Shown here: positions 12,501 through 27,500 of the stretch, one piece after another
Numbering within the stretch: position 1 is the stretch's first letter
How the letters are laid out: every line of letters begins with the position of its first letter
Source: Centroscyllium fabricii
Taxonomy: Eukaryota
DNA: 64,000 nt
Assembly: GCA_051313645.2 (NCBI GenBank)
Contig: JBNRSN020000015.1
Coordinates: 38,192,001 to 38,256,000, forward strand
Direction of reading: 5' to 3'
The notes under the pieces: model-generated
What the model was told of the DNA's origin: nothing
Seen by the model: the letters and a program-made list of their open reading frames with translations, nothing else
The model's database searches: none
Translations under genes and position numbers: made by a program

Positions 12501-15500
12501 TTGTGTGGGACATGCTGGATGGAGCAGAGGGTCTTTACCTGTCGGTCATTGTTCATATGTTTGTATATTTGCTGTGAATTACATCAAAGTTTTAGCAAGT
12601 TATAGCTTGGTGGAGTGACCGTTTCTCACCAATGGGACATTGGACCCATTGGCTCCCTGATACATTTGACACAGCAGACCACAACAACAGCAACCCTCAT
12701 TTATATGATGCCTTTAACGTAGGAAATTATCCCAAGGTGTTCCACAGAAGGGTTCTAAAAACAAAAATTGACACCGCTGCATATCATTGAAGAATATTGT
12801 CTGCAGTGGAACACATGGGAATATATTTCAATAAATGGCGTAGATGGAACAGATGTGACAAATGTGCAATTGTGTGGAATCAGCAGTGTTGGCATCATCA
12901 GTTGATGGGCAACTGAAATCGAGGAAAATTAAGACTGTTGCAAAAGTTGTTCAACTGAAAGACAAGGCAATGGTTTATTGGATACAAATTGCAGTAATGA
13001 TGATTGACATCTATAGACAGGTAGCCTGTGATGATGTGACAAGCCAGCAGTGGCCGGCGAATGTTGCATCAAACTGGTGGATTCTGCTAGCGGCTTGGAA
13101 TGAAGATGCTTGGAGGCGAGGATGCTTATAATCTCTGGGTTGACATCAAGTTGATGTGCACACTGTGCAGTACCTTTGCCCATTACCTAGTTATGAAATC
13201 TATTTGCTTTTCTATAATTCTGTTCCTGTGTGGAGAATTGTCTCAAACCTGTTTGCAGGGTGGCAGACAAAGCAAAAGCACCTAGCACGAGTGGTGGTCA
13301 AAATTCTGTAAGATATTTTGCAGATAGAGGGGCCAGAAATATTTGCTCACTGTTTGCCAACTCTCCCAGTGGAAGGACTTGGTTAATGGGAAAGGTCTTC
13401 CGCAGGAGGTAGCCCACAGACGATGAGAATCAAAAGTGTGATAAGAAATCTGTGTAGGGTTGGTTACGTGGTTGTTGAGGTTGACATTGAGGAGTCGAAT
13501 CTGAATGAGTCATTTGACCAACCAGACAACTTGTACAGCACAGTTGCGATTATGATTAATTAGGATGGTTGAAAGTGGTTGCGTTGTTTTAAAGGATCTT
13601 CTTGAAGTATTAAATTGTCACACTTAGGTTGTTGATGTGATGGTTGTGATTGGCAGTGCCATCACAATGGAAAGGAATTGGAATGATATAGATTGAATCT
13701 GCACAGGTTATCATGGATCATCGACGACAGCGGAGAATGAGCCGGTGTGAGATTGATGTTATTCTCAACATCTCATTAATATTTGCAGAACCAAATCCTG
13801 TGACCAATGTAACAGTTTTGAATCGCAACACCACTTCAGTTACTCTAAGCTGGGTCCGTCCAATCGACCACAAGCCTCGGTACAGATACAGGGTGGAGAC
13901 TAGGGAAAATCCATCTTCAAATAGCACTGTTACTAATGAATCCATTACCGTGGCTCAACTGGACCCTGGAACCAGATACACGTTCAGCGTGTTCACACTG
14001 GCGGCAGATGGTACATTAGCAGATCCGGTCACCATCTCTCTGACTACAGGTAGGAGTGCGGCTCAATTTGTATTTTGGTTCAATGAGAGTTCCTCCATGA
14101 CCAAGATTTTGAAAAACACTGGTTAGGCCTCAGCTGGAGGATTGTGTTCAGTTCTGGGTACTCCACTTTTGGAAGGATGTCGAGGGCTTGGAGAGGGTGC
14201 ACTTGACCGGTACCAGGGATGAGGGACGTCTGTTGTGTGGAGAGAGTGGAAAAGCCAGGGTTGTTCTCCTTAGAACAGAGAAGGTTAAGAGGAGATTTGA
14301 TAGAGGTGTTCAAAATCATGAATGGTCTTGATAGAGTAAATGAGGAGAAACACTTTCCAGTGGCAGAAGGACCGGTAACCAGAGACACAGATGTAAGGCA
14401 ATTAGCAAAAGAAGCAGAGGCGACATGAGGAAACATTTTCTACACAGTGAGTTGTTGTGATTCAGAATGCACTGCCTGAAAGGGTGGTGAAAGCAGATTC
14501 CGCGGTAACTTTGAAAAGGAAAAGTGGCGAAATATTTGAAGGGGAAAAAGTTGCAGGACTTTGGGGAAAAAGTGGTCGAGTTGGACTCGTTGGAAAGCTC
14601 TACCAAAGAGCCGGCACAGACACCATGGACCGTATGTCGTCCTCCTACGATCGATGGGTAAAACTGGAGACTGTCGCTTCTGATTCAATCGTAAAGAAAT
14701 GGACACCCATGAACAGAAAGAAAACATCAAGCTGAAAATTCATGTGACGGATGTAATTTGACTATCAATCTTCGAGAATTGAAATCCAAATAATGTTGGA
14801 TGCCTTTTATGTTAGCAGGTGGAAAGGGTCTAAAGTCAGAAACTTAACTGGACCAGTCAAATTGGGTTGTAGGCCAAAGAAATTAGCTAAGGACTCAGTC
14901 TATCCTTTTCCATTTCAGTCGGCAACATTTGTTGATTTGACCCTGACCAGAACTTGGATGGTTTTTAAGTATTCAGTTCTATATCATGTTTTTTGTGTGT
15001 AACTTTCCTCCCAACAGTTCCTTCCAAGCCTGGAGATATTACAGTGACGAGCTTTACCAACAGTTCAATCTCTCTGAGCTTGGGGAAACCTACAGGCATG
15101 AAGGTCGCTCAATACAACTTTAGCATTATACACAGTCATTCTAATGGCAATGGCTCATTCATTGAGCGTACAAACTCCACCACAATAACTGGCCTAGAAC
15201 CTGGAACCAATTACACCATCTCTGTAACTACCGTTGTTTTTGGTGATGTGAAGAGTGAAGCTGTAGTTATAAACCAATTCACAAGTAAGTGAGACACAAT
15301 TTCTGCTGTGGAACTCGATTTTAATGGACTGTGTGCATGGATGGATACAACCAATAAATGGTCTGCTCTCAAGCAATTGAGAACCCTAACTGTGGGATAG
15401 CTCTGCTGAGAGGTTATTGGAATGTGCAAGATTGGCATTGGCAGAAACCTTGGTGAACTCTGTTACTGACCGCTGTAGAGTGTATCGGTTTATTGGCAAC

Positions 15501-18500
15501 CTTTCACACGCAAGAAGTGACTATTTTGTTTAAATGCAACCTTGTTGAGAAAGATGATACTTTTGAAATGGGATAGACTAATGTATCTGATTTGGCAGGC
15601 TCTGGTGTCAAAATTTGATTGATGAGTGGACATTTCTTTGACATAGGTATCCATAGGGGTAGTAGAAGAGGAGACAGGATGAGTGGACCTGATTAATTCC
15701 CAGCCTAAAGCATCTTGGTTATCAAGATAGGTTAAAAGAGCTGGGGCTCTACACTTTAGAGAAGCATAGACTTGGGGTCATCAGGTTGAGGTTTATAGGA
15801 TGTTTACCAGTTGACTCTTTGTTCCAACTAATTAGGTTAGGGAGGACAGGGGGGTCACAATTTGAAGCTGTTTAAGGCCAGATCTAGGTTCGATGTGATG
15901 AGGTGCTTCTTTTGCCAGAGAATAGTGGACCTCTGGAGCAGGCTGGCCGTCTCATGCAGCAGACGCCGACTCGCTAAATTCCTTCACGTGAGAGCTCGAC
16001 CTGTTTCTAGTTGGGGTGGATATCACCTCTGACGAAAGCTAGGTATTTCATGGAATTCAGAGTCCGAGTAATCTCCTGGACTAGTTTTGTTCGCCTAGAT
16101 GGGTCAGTGAGGAATTTCCCAGATTTTTTTACCCTAAATTGGTCTGGGTTTTAAAGATCACATGGTTTCAGGTGGGGTGGCAATATCGCGATTGTGTGGG
16201 ACATGCTGGATGGAGCAGAGGGTCTTTACCTGTCGGTCATTGTTCATATGTTTGTATATTTGCTGTGAATTACATCAAAGTTTTAGCAAGTTATAGCTTG
16301 GTGGAGTGACCGTTTCTCACCAATGGGACATTGGACCCATTGGCTCCCTGATACATTTGACACAGCAGACCACAACAACAGCAACCCTCATTTATATGAT
16401 GCCTTTAACGTAGGAAATTATCCCAAGGTGTTCCAGAGAAGGGTTCTAAAAACAAAAATTGACACCGCTGCATATCATTGAAGAATATTGTCTGCAGTGG
16501 AACACATGGGAATATATTTCAATAAATGGCGTAGATGGAACAGATGTGACAAATGTGCAATTGTGTGGAATCAGCAGTGTTGGCATCACCAGTTGATGGG
16601 CAACTGAAATCGAGGAAAATTAAGACTGTTGCAAAAGTTGTTCAACTGAAAGACAAGGCAATGGTTTATTGGATACAAATTGCAGTAATGATGATTGACA
16701 TCTATAGACAGGTAGCCTGTGATGATGTGACAAGCCAGCAGTGGCCGGCGAATGTTGCATCAAACTGGTGGATTCTGCTAGCGGCTTGGAATGAAGATGC
16801 TTGGAGGCGAGGATGCTTATAATCTCTGGGTTGACATCAAGTTGATGTGCACACTGTGCAGTACCTTTGCCCATTACCTAGTTATGAAATCTATTTGCTT
16901 TTCTATAATTCTGTTCCTGTGTGGAGAATTGTCTCAAACCTGTTTACAGGGTGGCAGACAAAGCAAAAGCACCTAGCACGAGTGGTGGTCAAAATTCTGT
17001 AAGATATTTTGCAGATAGAGGGGCCAGAAATATTTGCTCACTGTTTGCCAACTCTCCCAGTGGAAGGACTTGGTTAATGGGAAAGGTCTTCCGCAGGAGG
17101 TAGCCCACAGACGATGAGAATCAAAAGTGTGATAAGAAATCTGTGTAGGGTTGGTTACGTGGTTGTTGAGGTTGACATTGAGGAGTCGAATCTGAATGAG
17201 TCATTTGACCAACCAGACAACTTGTACAGCACAGTTGCGATTATGATTAATTAGGATGGTTGAAAGTGGTTGCGTTGTTTTAAAGGATCTTCTTGAAGTA
17301 TTAAATTGTCACACTTAGGTTGTTGATGTGATGGTTGTGATTGGCAGTGCCATCACAATGGAAAGGAATTGGAATGATATAGATTGAATCTGCACAGGTT
17401 ATCATGGATCATCGACGACAGCGGAGAATGAGCCGGTGTGAGATTGATGTTATTCTCAACATCTCATTAATATTTGCAGAACCAAATCCTGTGACCAATG
17501 TAACAGTTTTGAATCGCAACACCACTTCAGTTACTCTAAGCTGGGTCCGTCCAATCGACCACAAGCCTCGGTACAGATACAGGGTGGAGACTAGGGAAAA
17601 TCCATCTTCAAATAGCACTGTTACTAATGAATCCATTACCGTGGCTCAACTGGACCCTGGAACCAGATACACGTTCAGCGTGTTCACACTGGCGGCAGAT
17701 GGTACATTAGCAGATCCGGTCACCATCTCTCTGACTACAGGTAGGAGTGCGGCTCAATTTGTATTTTGGTTCAATGAGAGTTCCTCCATGACCAAGATTT
17801 TGAAAAACACTGGTTAGGCCTCAGCTGGAGGATTGTGTTCAGTTCTGGGTACTCCACTTTTGGAAGGATGTCGAGGGCTTGGAGAGGGTGCACTTGACCG
17901 GTACCAGGGATGAGGGACGTCTGTTGTGTGGAGAGAGTGGAAAAGCCAGGGTTGTTCTCCTTAGAACAGAGAAGGTTAAGAGGAGATTTGATAGAGGTGT
18001 TCAAAATCATGAATGGTCTTGATAGAGTAAATGAGGAGAAACACTTTCCAGTGGCAGAAGGACCGGTAACCAGAGACACAGATGTAAGGCAATTAGCAAA
18101 AGAAGCAGAGGCGACATGAGGAAACATTTTCTACACAGTGAGTTGTTGTGATTCAGAATGCACTGCCTGAAAGGGTGGTGAAAGCAGATTCCGTGGTAAC
18201 TTTGAAAAGGAAAAGTGGCGAAATATTTGAAGGGGAAAAAGTTGCAGGACTTTGGGGAAAAAGTGGGCGAGTTGGACTCGTTGGAAAGCTCTACCAAAGA
18301 GCCGGCACAGACACCATGGACCGTATGTCGTCCTCCTACGATCGATGGGTAAAACTGGAGACTGTCGCTTCTGATTCAATCGTAAAGAAATGGACACCCA
18401 TGAACAGAAAGAAAACATCAAGCTGAAAATTCATGTGACGGATGTAATTTGACTATCAATCTTCGAGAATTGAAATCCAAATAATGTTGGATGCCTTTTA

Positions 18501-21500
18501 TGTTAGCAGGTGGAAAGGGTCTAAAGTCAGAAACTTAACTGGACCAGTCAAATTGGGTTGTAGGCCAAAGAAATTAGCTAAGGACTCAGTCTATCCTTTT
18601 CCATTTCAGTCGGCAACATTTGTTGATTTGACCCTGACCAGAACTTGGATGGTTTTTAAGTATTCAGTTCTATATCATGTTTTTTGTGTGTAACTTTCCT
18701 CCCAACAGTTCCTTCCAAGCCTGGAGATATTACAGTGACGAGCTTTACCAACAGTTCAATCTCTCTGAGCTTGGGGAAACCTACAGGCATGAAGGTCGCT
18801 CAATACAACTTTAGCATTATACACAGTCATTCTAATGGCAATGGCTCATTCATTGAGCGTACAAACTCCACCACAATAACTGGCCTAGAACCTGGAACCA
18901 ATTACACCATCTCTGTAACTACCGTTGTTTTTGGTGATGTGAAGAGTGAAGCTGTAGTTATAAACCAATTCACAAGTAAGTGAGACACAATTTCTGCTGT
19001 GGAACTCGATTTTAATGGACTGTGTGCATGGATGGATACAACCAATAAATGGTCTGCTCTCAAGCAATTGAGAACCCTAACTGTGGGATAGCTCTGCTGA
19101 GAGGTTATTGGAATGTGCAAGATTGGCATTGGCAGAAACCTTGGTGAACTCTGTTACTGACCGCTGTAGAGTGTATCGGTTTATTGGCAACCTTTCACAC
19201 GCAAGAAGTGACTATTTTGTTTAAATGCAACCTTGTTGAGAAAGATGATACTTTTGAAATGGGATAGACTAATGTATCTGATTTGGCAGGCTCTGGTGTC
19301 AAAATTTGATTGATGAGTGGACATTTCTTTGACATAGGTATCCATAGGGGTAGTAGAAGAGGAGACAGGATGAGTGGACCTGATTAATTCCCAGCCTAAA
19401 GCATCTTAGTTATCAAGATAGGTTAAAAGAGCTGGGGCTCTACACTTTAGAGAAGCATAGACTTGGGGTCATCAGGTTGAGGTTTATAGGATGTTTACCA
19501 GTTGACTCTTTGTTCCAACTAATTAGGTTAGGGAGGACAGGGGGGTCACAATTTGAAGCTGTTTAAGGCCAGATCTAGGTTCGATGTGATGAGGTGCTTC
19601 TTTTGCCAGAGAATAGTGGACCTCTGGAGCAGGCTGGCCGTCTCATCCTTCACGTGAGAGCTCGACCTGTTTCTAGTTGGGGTGGATATCACCTCTGACG
19701 AAAGCTAGGTATTTCATGGAATTCAGAGTCCGAGTAATCTCCTGGACTAGTTTTGTTCGCCTAGATGGGTCAGTGAGGAATTTCCCAGATTTTTTTACCC
19801 TAAATTGGTCTGGGTTTTAAAGATCACATGGTTTCAGGTGGGGTGGCAATATCGCGATTGTGTGGGACATGCTGGATGGAGCAGAGGGTCTTTACCTGTC
19901 GGTCATTGTTCATATGTTTGTATATTTGCTGTGAATTACATCAAAGTTTTAGCAAGTTATAGCTTGGTGGAGTGACCGTTTCTCACCAATGGGACATTGG
20001 ACCCATTGGCTCCCTGATACATTTGACACAGCAGACCACAACAACAGCAACCCTCATTTATATGATGCCTTTAACGTAGGAAATTATCCCAAGGTGTTCC
20101 ACAGAAGGGTTCTAAAAACAAAAATTGACACCGCTGCATATCATTGAAGAATATTGTCTGCAGTGGAACACATGGGAATATATTTCAATAAATGGCGTAG
20201 ATGGAACAGATGTGACAAATGTGCAATTGTGTGGAATCAGCAGTGTTGGCATCATCAGTTGATGGGCAACTGAAATCGAGGAAAATTAAGACTGTTGCAA
20301 AAGTTGTTCAACTGAAAGACAAGGCAATGGTTTATTGGATACAAATTGCAGTAATGATGATTGACATCTATAGACAGGTAGCCTGTGATGATGTGACAAG
20401 CCAGCAGTGGCCGGCGAATGTTGCATCAAACTGGTGGATTCTGCTAGCGGCTTGGAATGAAGATGCTTGGAGGCGAGGATGCTTATAATCTCTGGGTTGA
20501 CATCAAGTTGATGTGCACACTGTGCAGTACCTTTGCCCATTACCTAGTTATGAAATCTATTTGCTTTTCTATAATTCTGTTCCTGTGTGGAGAATTGTCT
20601 CAAACCTGTTTGCAGGGTGGCAGACAAAGCAAAAGCACCTAGCACGAGTGGTGGTCAAAATTCTGTAAGATATTTTGCAGATAGAGGGGCCAGAAATATT
20701 TGCTCACTGTTTGCCAACTCTCCCAGTGGAAGGACTTGGTTAATGGGAAAGGTCTTCCGCAGGAGGTAGTCCACAGACGATGAGAATCAAAAGTGTGATA
20801 AGAAATCTGTGTAGGGTTGGTTACGTGGTTGTTGAGGTTGACATTGAGGAGTCGAATCTGAATGAGTCATTTGACCAACCAGACAACTTGTACAGCACAG
20901 TTGCGATTATGATTAATTAGGATGGTTGAAAGTGGTTGCGTTGTTTTAAAGGATCTTCTTGAAGTATTAAATTGTCACACTTAGGTTGTTGATGTGATGG
21001 TTGTGATTGGCAGTGCCATCACAATGGAAAGGAATTGGAATGATATAGATTGAATCTGCACAGGTTATCATGGATCATCGACGACAGCGGAGAATGAGCC
21101 GGTGTGAGATTGATGTTATTCTCAACATCTCATTAATATTTGCAGAACCAAATCCTGTGACCAATGTAACAGTTTTGAATCGCAACACCACTTCAGTTAC
21201 TCTAAGCTGGGTCCGTCCAATCGACCACAAGCCTCGGTACAGATACAGGGTGGAGACTAGGGAAAATCCATCTTCAAATAGCACTAATGAATCCATTACC
21301 GTGGCTCAACTGGACCCTGGAACCAGATACACGTTCAGCGTGTTCACACTGGCGGCAGATGGTACATTAGCAGATCCGGTCACCATCTCTCTGACTACAG
21401 GTAGGAGTGCGGCTCAATTTGTATTTTGGTTCAATGAGAGTTCCTCCATGACCAAGATTTTGAAAAACACTGGTTAGGCCTCAGCTGGAGGATTGTGTTC

Positions 21501-24500
21501 AGTTCTGGGTACTCCACTTTTGGAAGGATGTCGAGGGCTTGGAGAGGGTGCACTTGACCGGTACCAGGGATGAGGGACGTCTGTTGTGTGGAGAGAGTGG
21601 AAAAGCCAGGGTTGTTCTCCTTAGAACAGAGAAGGTTAAGAGGAGATTTGATAGAGGTGTTCAAAATCATGAATGGTCTTGATAGAGTAAATGAGGAGAA
21701 ACACTTTCCAGTGGCAGAAGGACCGGTAACCAGAGACACAGATGTAAGGCAATTAGCAAAAGAAGCAGAGGCGACATGAGGAAACATTTTCTACACAGTG
21801 AGTTGTTGTGATTCAGAATGCACTGCCTGAAAGGGTGGTGAAAGCAGATTCCGCGGTAACTTTGAAAAGGAAAAGTGGCGAAATATTTGAAGGGGAAAAA
21901 GTTGCAGGACTTTGGGGAAAAAGTGGGCGAGTTGGACTCGTTGGAAAGCTCTACCAAAGAGCCGGCACAGACACCATGGACCGTATGTCGTCCTCCTACG
22001 ATCGATGGGTAAAACTGGAGACTGTCGCTTCTGATTCAATCGTAAAGAAATGGACACCCATGAACAGAAAGAAAACATCAAGCTGAAAATTCATGTGACG
22101 GATGTAATTTGACTATCAATCTTCGAGAATTGAAATCCAAATAATGTTGGATGCCTTTTATGTTAGCAGGTGGAAAGGGTCTAAAGTCAGAAACTTAACT
22201 GGACCAGTCAAATTGGGTTGTAGGCCAAAGAAATTAGCTAAGGACTCAGTCTATCCTTTTCCATTTCAGTCGGCAACATTTGTTGATTTGACCCTGACCA
22301 GAACTTGGATGGTTTTTAAGTATTCAGTTCTATATCATGTTTTTTGTGTGTAACTTTCCTCCCAACAGTTCCTTCCAAGCCTGGAGATATTACAGTGACG
22401 AGCTTTACCAACAGTTCAATCTCTCTGAGCTTGGGGAAACCTACAGGCATGAAGGTCGCTCAATACAACTTTAGCATTATACACAGTCATTCTAATGGCA
22501 ATGGCTCATTCATTGAGCGTACAAACTCCACCACAATAACTGGCCTAGAACCTGGAACCAATTACACCATCTCTGTAACTACCGTTGTTTTTGGTGATGT
22601 GAAGAGTGAAACTGTAGTTATAAACCAATTCACAAGTAAGTGAGACACAATTTCTGCTGTGGAACTCGATTTTAATGGACTGTGTGCATGGATGGATACA
22701 ACCAATAAATGGTCTGCTCTCAAGCAATTGAGAACCCTAACTGTGGGATAGCTCTGCTGAGAGGTTATTGGAATGTGCAAGATTGGCATTGGCAGAAACC
22801 TTGGTGAACTCTGTTACTGACCGCTGTAGAGTGTATCGGTTTATTGGCAACCTTTCACACGCAAGAAGTGACTATTTTGTTTAAATGCAACCTTGTTGAG
22901 AAAGATGATACTTTTGAAATGGGATAGACTAATGTATCTGATTTGGCAGGCTCTGGTGTCAAAATTTGATTGATGAGTGGACATTTCTTTGACATAGGTA
23001 TCCATAGGGGTAGTAGAAGAGGAGACAGGATGAGTGGACCTGATTAATTCCCAGCCTAAAGCATCTTGGTTATCAAGATAGGTTAAAAGAGCTGGGGCTC
23101 TACACTTTAGAGAAGCATAGACTTGGGGTCATCAGGTTGAGGTTTATAGGATGTTTACCAGTTGACTCTTTGTTCCAACTAATTAGGTTAGGGAGGACAG
23201 GGGGGTCACAATTTGAAGCTGTTTAAGGCCAGATCTAGGTTCGATGTGATGAGGTGCTTCTTTTGCCAGAGAATAGTGGACCTCTGGAGCAGGCTGGCCG
23301 ACTCGCTAAATTCCTTCACGTGAGAGCTCGACCTGTTTCTAGTTGGGGTGGATATCACCTCTGACGAAAGCTAGGTATTTCATGGAATTCAGAGTCCGAG
23401 TAATCTCCTGGACTAGTTTTGTTCGCCTAGATGGGTCAGTGAGGAATTTCCCAGATTTTTTTACCCTAAATTGGTCTGGGTTTTAAAGATCACATGGTTT
23501 CAGGTGGGGTGGCAATATCGCGATTGTGTGGGACATGCTGGATGGAGCAGAGGGTCTTTACCTGTCGGTCATTGTTCATATGTTTGTATATTTGCTGTGA
23601 ATTACATCAAAGTTTTAGCAAGTTATAGCTTGGTGGAGTGACCGTTTCTCACCAATGGGACATTGGACCCATTGGCTCCCTGATACATTTGACACAGCAG
23701 ACCACAACAACAGCAACCCTCATTTATATGATGCCTTTAACGTAGGAAATTATCCCAAGGTGTTCCACAGAAGGGTTCTAAAAACAAAAATTGACACCGC
23801 TGCATATCATTGAAGAATATTGTCTGCAGTGGAACACATGGGAATATATTTCAATAAATGGCGTAGATGGAACAGATGTGACAAATGTGCAATTGTGTGG
23901 AATCAGCAGTGTTGGCATCATCAGTTGATGGGCAACTGAAATCGAGGAAAATTAAGACTGTTGCAAAAGTTGTTCAACTGAAAGACAAGGCAATGGTTTA
24001 TTGGATACAAATTGCAGTAATGATGATTGACATCTATAGACAGGTAGCCTGTGATGATGTGACAAGCCAGCAGTGGCCGGCGAATGTTGCATCAAACTGG
24101 TGGATTCTGCTAGCGGCTTGGAATGAAGATGCTTGGAGGCGAGGATGCTTATAATCTCTGGGTTGACATCAAGTTGATGTGCACACTGTGCAGTACCTTT
24201 GCCCATTACCTAGTTATGAAATCTATTTGCTTTTCTATAATTCTGTTCCTGTGTGGAGAATTGTCTCAAACCTGTTTGCAGGGTGGCAGACAAAGCAAAA
24301 GCACCTAGCACGAGTGGTGGTCAAAATTCTGTAAGATATTTTGCAGATAGAGGGGCCAGAAATATTTGCTCACTGTTTGCCAACTCTCCCAGTGGAAGGA
24401 CTTGGTTAATGGGAAAGGTCTTCCGCAGGAGGTAGTCCACAGACGATGAGAATCAAAAGTGTGATAAGAAATCTGTGTAGGGTTGGTTACGTGGTTGTTG

Positions 24501-27500
24501 AGGTTGACATTGAGGAGTCGAATCTGAATGAGTCATTTGACCAACCAGACAACTTGTACAGCACAGTTGCGATTATGATTAATTAGGATGGTTGAAAGTG
24601 GTTGCGTTGTTTTAAAGGATCTTCTTGAAGTATTAAATTGTCACACTTAGGTTGTTGATGTGATGGTTGTGATTGGCAGTGCCATCACAATGGAAAGGAA
24701 TTGGAATGATATAGATTGAATCTGCACAGGTTATCATGGATCATCGACGACAGCGGAGAATGAGCCGGTGTGAGATTGATGTTATTCTCAACATCTCATT
24801 AATATTTGCAGAACCAAATCCTGTGACCAATGTAACAGTTTTGAATCGCAACACCACTTCAGTTACTCTAAGCTGGGTCCGTCCAATCGACCACAAGCCT
24901 CGGTACAGATACAGGGTGGAGACTAGGGAAAATCCATCTTCAAATAGCACTGTTACTAATGAATCCATTACCGTGGCTCAACTGGACCCTGGAACCAGAT
25001 ACACGTTCAGCGTGTTCACACTGGCGGCAGATGGTACATTAGCAGATCCGGTCACCATCTCTCTGACTACAGGTAGGAGTGCGGCTCAATTTGTATTTTG
25101 GTTCAATGAGAGTTCCTCCATGACCAAGATTTTGAAAAACACTGGTTAGGCCTCAGCTGGAGGATTGTGTTCAGTTCTGGGTACTCCACTTTTGGAAGGA
25201 TGTCGAGGGCTTGGAGAGGGTGCACTTGACCGGTACCAGGGATGAGGGACGTCTGTTGTGTGGAGAGAGTGGAAAAGCCAGGGTTGTTCTCCTTAGAACA
25301 GAGAAGGTTAAGAGGAGATTTGATAGAGGTGTTCAAAATCATGAATGGTCTTGATAGAGTAAATGAGGAGAAACACTTTCCAGTGGCAGAAGGACCGGTA
25401 ACCAGAGACACAGATGTAAGGCAATTAGCAAAAGAAGCAGAGGCGACATGAGGAAACATTTTCTACACAGTGAGTTGTTGTGATTCAGAATGCACTGCCT
25501 GAAAGGGTGGTGAAAGCAGATTCCGTGGTAACTTTGAAAAGGAAAAGTGGCGAAATATTTGAAGGGGAAAAAGTTGCAGGACTTTGGGGAAAAAGTGGTC
25601 GAGTTGGACTCGTTGGAAAGCTCTACCAAAGAGCCGGCACAGACACCATGGACCGTATGTCGTCCTCCTACGATCGATGGGTAAAACTGGAGACTGTCGC
25701 TTCTGATTCAATCGTAAAGAAATGGACACCCATGAACAGAAAGAAAACATCAAGCTGAAAATTCATGTGACGGATGTAATTTGACTATCAATCTTCGAGA
25801 ATTGAAATCCAAATAATGTTGGATGCCTTTTATGTTAGCAGGTGGAAAGGGTCTAAAGTCAGAAACTTAACTGGACCAGTCAAATTGGGTTGTAGGCCAA
25901 AGAAATTAGCTAAGGACTCAGTCTATCCTTTTCCATTTCAGTCGGCAACATTTGTTGATTTGACCCTGACCAGAACTTGGATGGTTTTTAAGTATTCAGT
26001 TCTATATCATGTTTTTTGTGTGTAACTTTCCTCCCAACAGTTCCTTCCAAGCCTGGAGATATTACAGTGACGAGCTTTACCAACAGTTCAATCTCTCTGA
26101 GCTTGGGGAAACCTACAGGCATGAAGGTCGCTCAATACAACTTTAGCATTATACACAGTCATTCTAATGGCAATGGCTCATTCATTGAGCGTACAAACTC
26201 CACCACAATAACTGGCCTAGAACCTGGAACCAATTACACCATCTCTGTAACTACCGTTGTTTTTGGTGATGTGAAGAGTGAAGCTGTAGTTATAAACCAA
26301 TTCACAAGTAAGTGAGACACAATTTCTGCTGTGGAACTCGATTTTAATGGACTGTGTGCATGGATGGATACAACCAATAAATGGTCTGCTCTCAAGCAAT
26401 TGAGAACCCTAACTGTGGGATAGCTCTGCTGAGAGGTTATTGGAATGTGCAAGATTGGCATTGGCAGAAACCTTGGTGAACTCTGTTACTGACCGCTGTA
26501 GAGTGTATCGGTTTATTGGCAACCTTTCACACGCAAGAAGTGACTATTTTGTTTAAATGCAACCTTGTTGAGAAAGATGATACTTTTGAAATGGGATAGA
26601 CTAATGTATCTGATTTGGCAGGCTCTGGTGTCAAAATTTGATTGATGAGTGGACATTTCTTTGACATAGGTATCCATAGGGGTAGTAGAAGAGGAGACAG
26701 GATGAGTGGACCTGATTAATTCCCAGCCTAAAGCATCTTGGTTATCAAGATAGGTTAAAAGAGCTGGGGCTCTACACTTTAGAGAAGCATAGACTTGGGG
26801 TCATCAGGTTGAGGTTTATAGGATGTTTACCAGTTGACTCTTTGTTCCAACTAATTAGGTTAGGGAGGACAGGGGGGTCACAATTTGAAGCTGTTTAAGG
26901 CCAGATCTAGGTTCGATGTGATGAGGTGCTTCTTTTGCCAGAGAATAGTGGACCTCTGGAGCAGGCTGGCCGTCTCATCCTTCACGTGAGAGCTCGACCT
27001 GTTTCTAGTTGGGGTGGATATCACCTCTGACGAAAGCTAGGTATTTCATGGAATTCAGAGTCCGAGTAATCTCCTGGACTAGTTTTGTTCGCCTAGATGG
27101 GTCAGTGAGGAATTTCCCAGATTTTTTTACCCTAAATTGGTCTGGGTTTTAAAGATCACATGGTTTCAGGTGGGGTGGCAATATCGCGATTGTGTGGGAC
27201 ATGCTGGATGGAGCAGAGGGTCTTTACCTGTCGGTCATTGTTCATATGTTTGTATATTTGCTGTGAATTACATCAAAGTTTTAGCAAGTTATAGCTTGGT
27301 GGAGTGACCGTTTCTCACCAATGGGACATTGGACCCATTGGCTCCCTGATACATTTGACACAGCAGACCACAACAACAGCAACCCTCATTTATATGATGC
27401 CTTTAACGTAGGAAATTATCCCAAGGTGTTCCACAGAAGGGTTCTAAAAACAAAAATTGACACCGCTGCATATCATTGAAGAATATTGTCTGCAGTGGAA

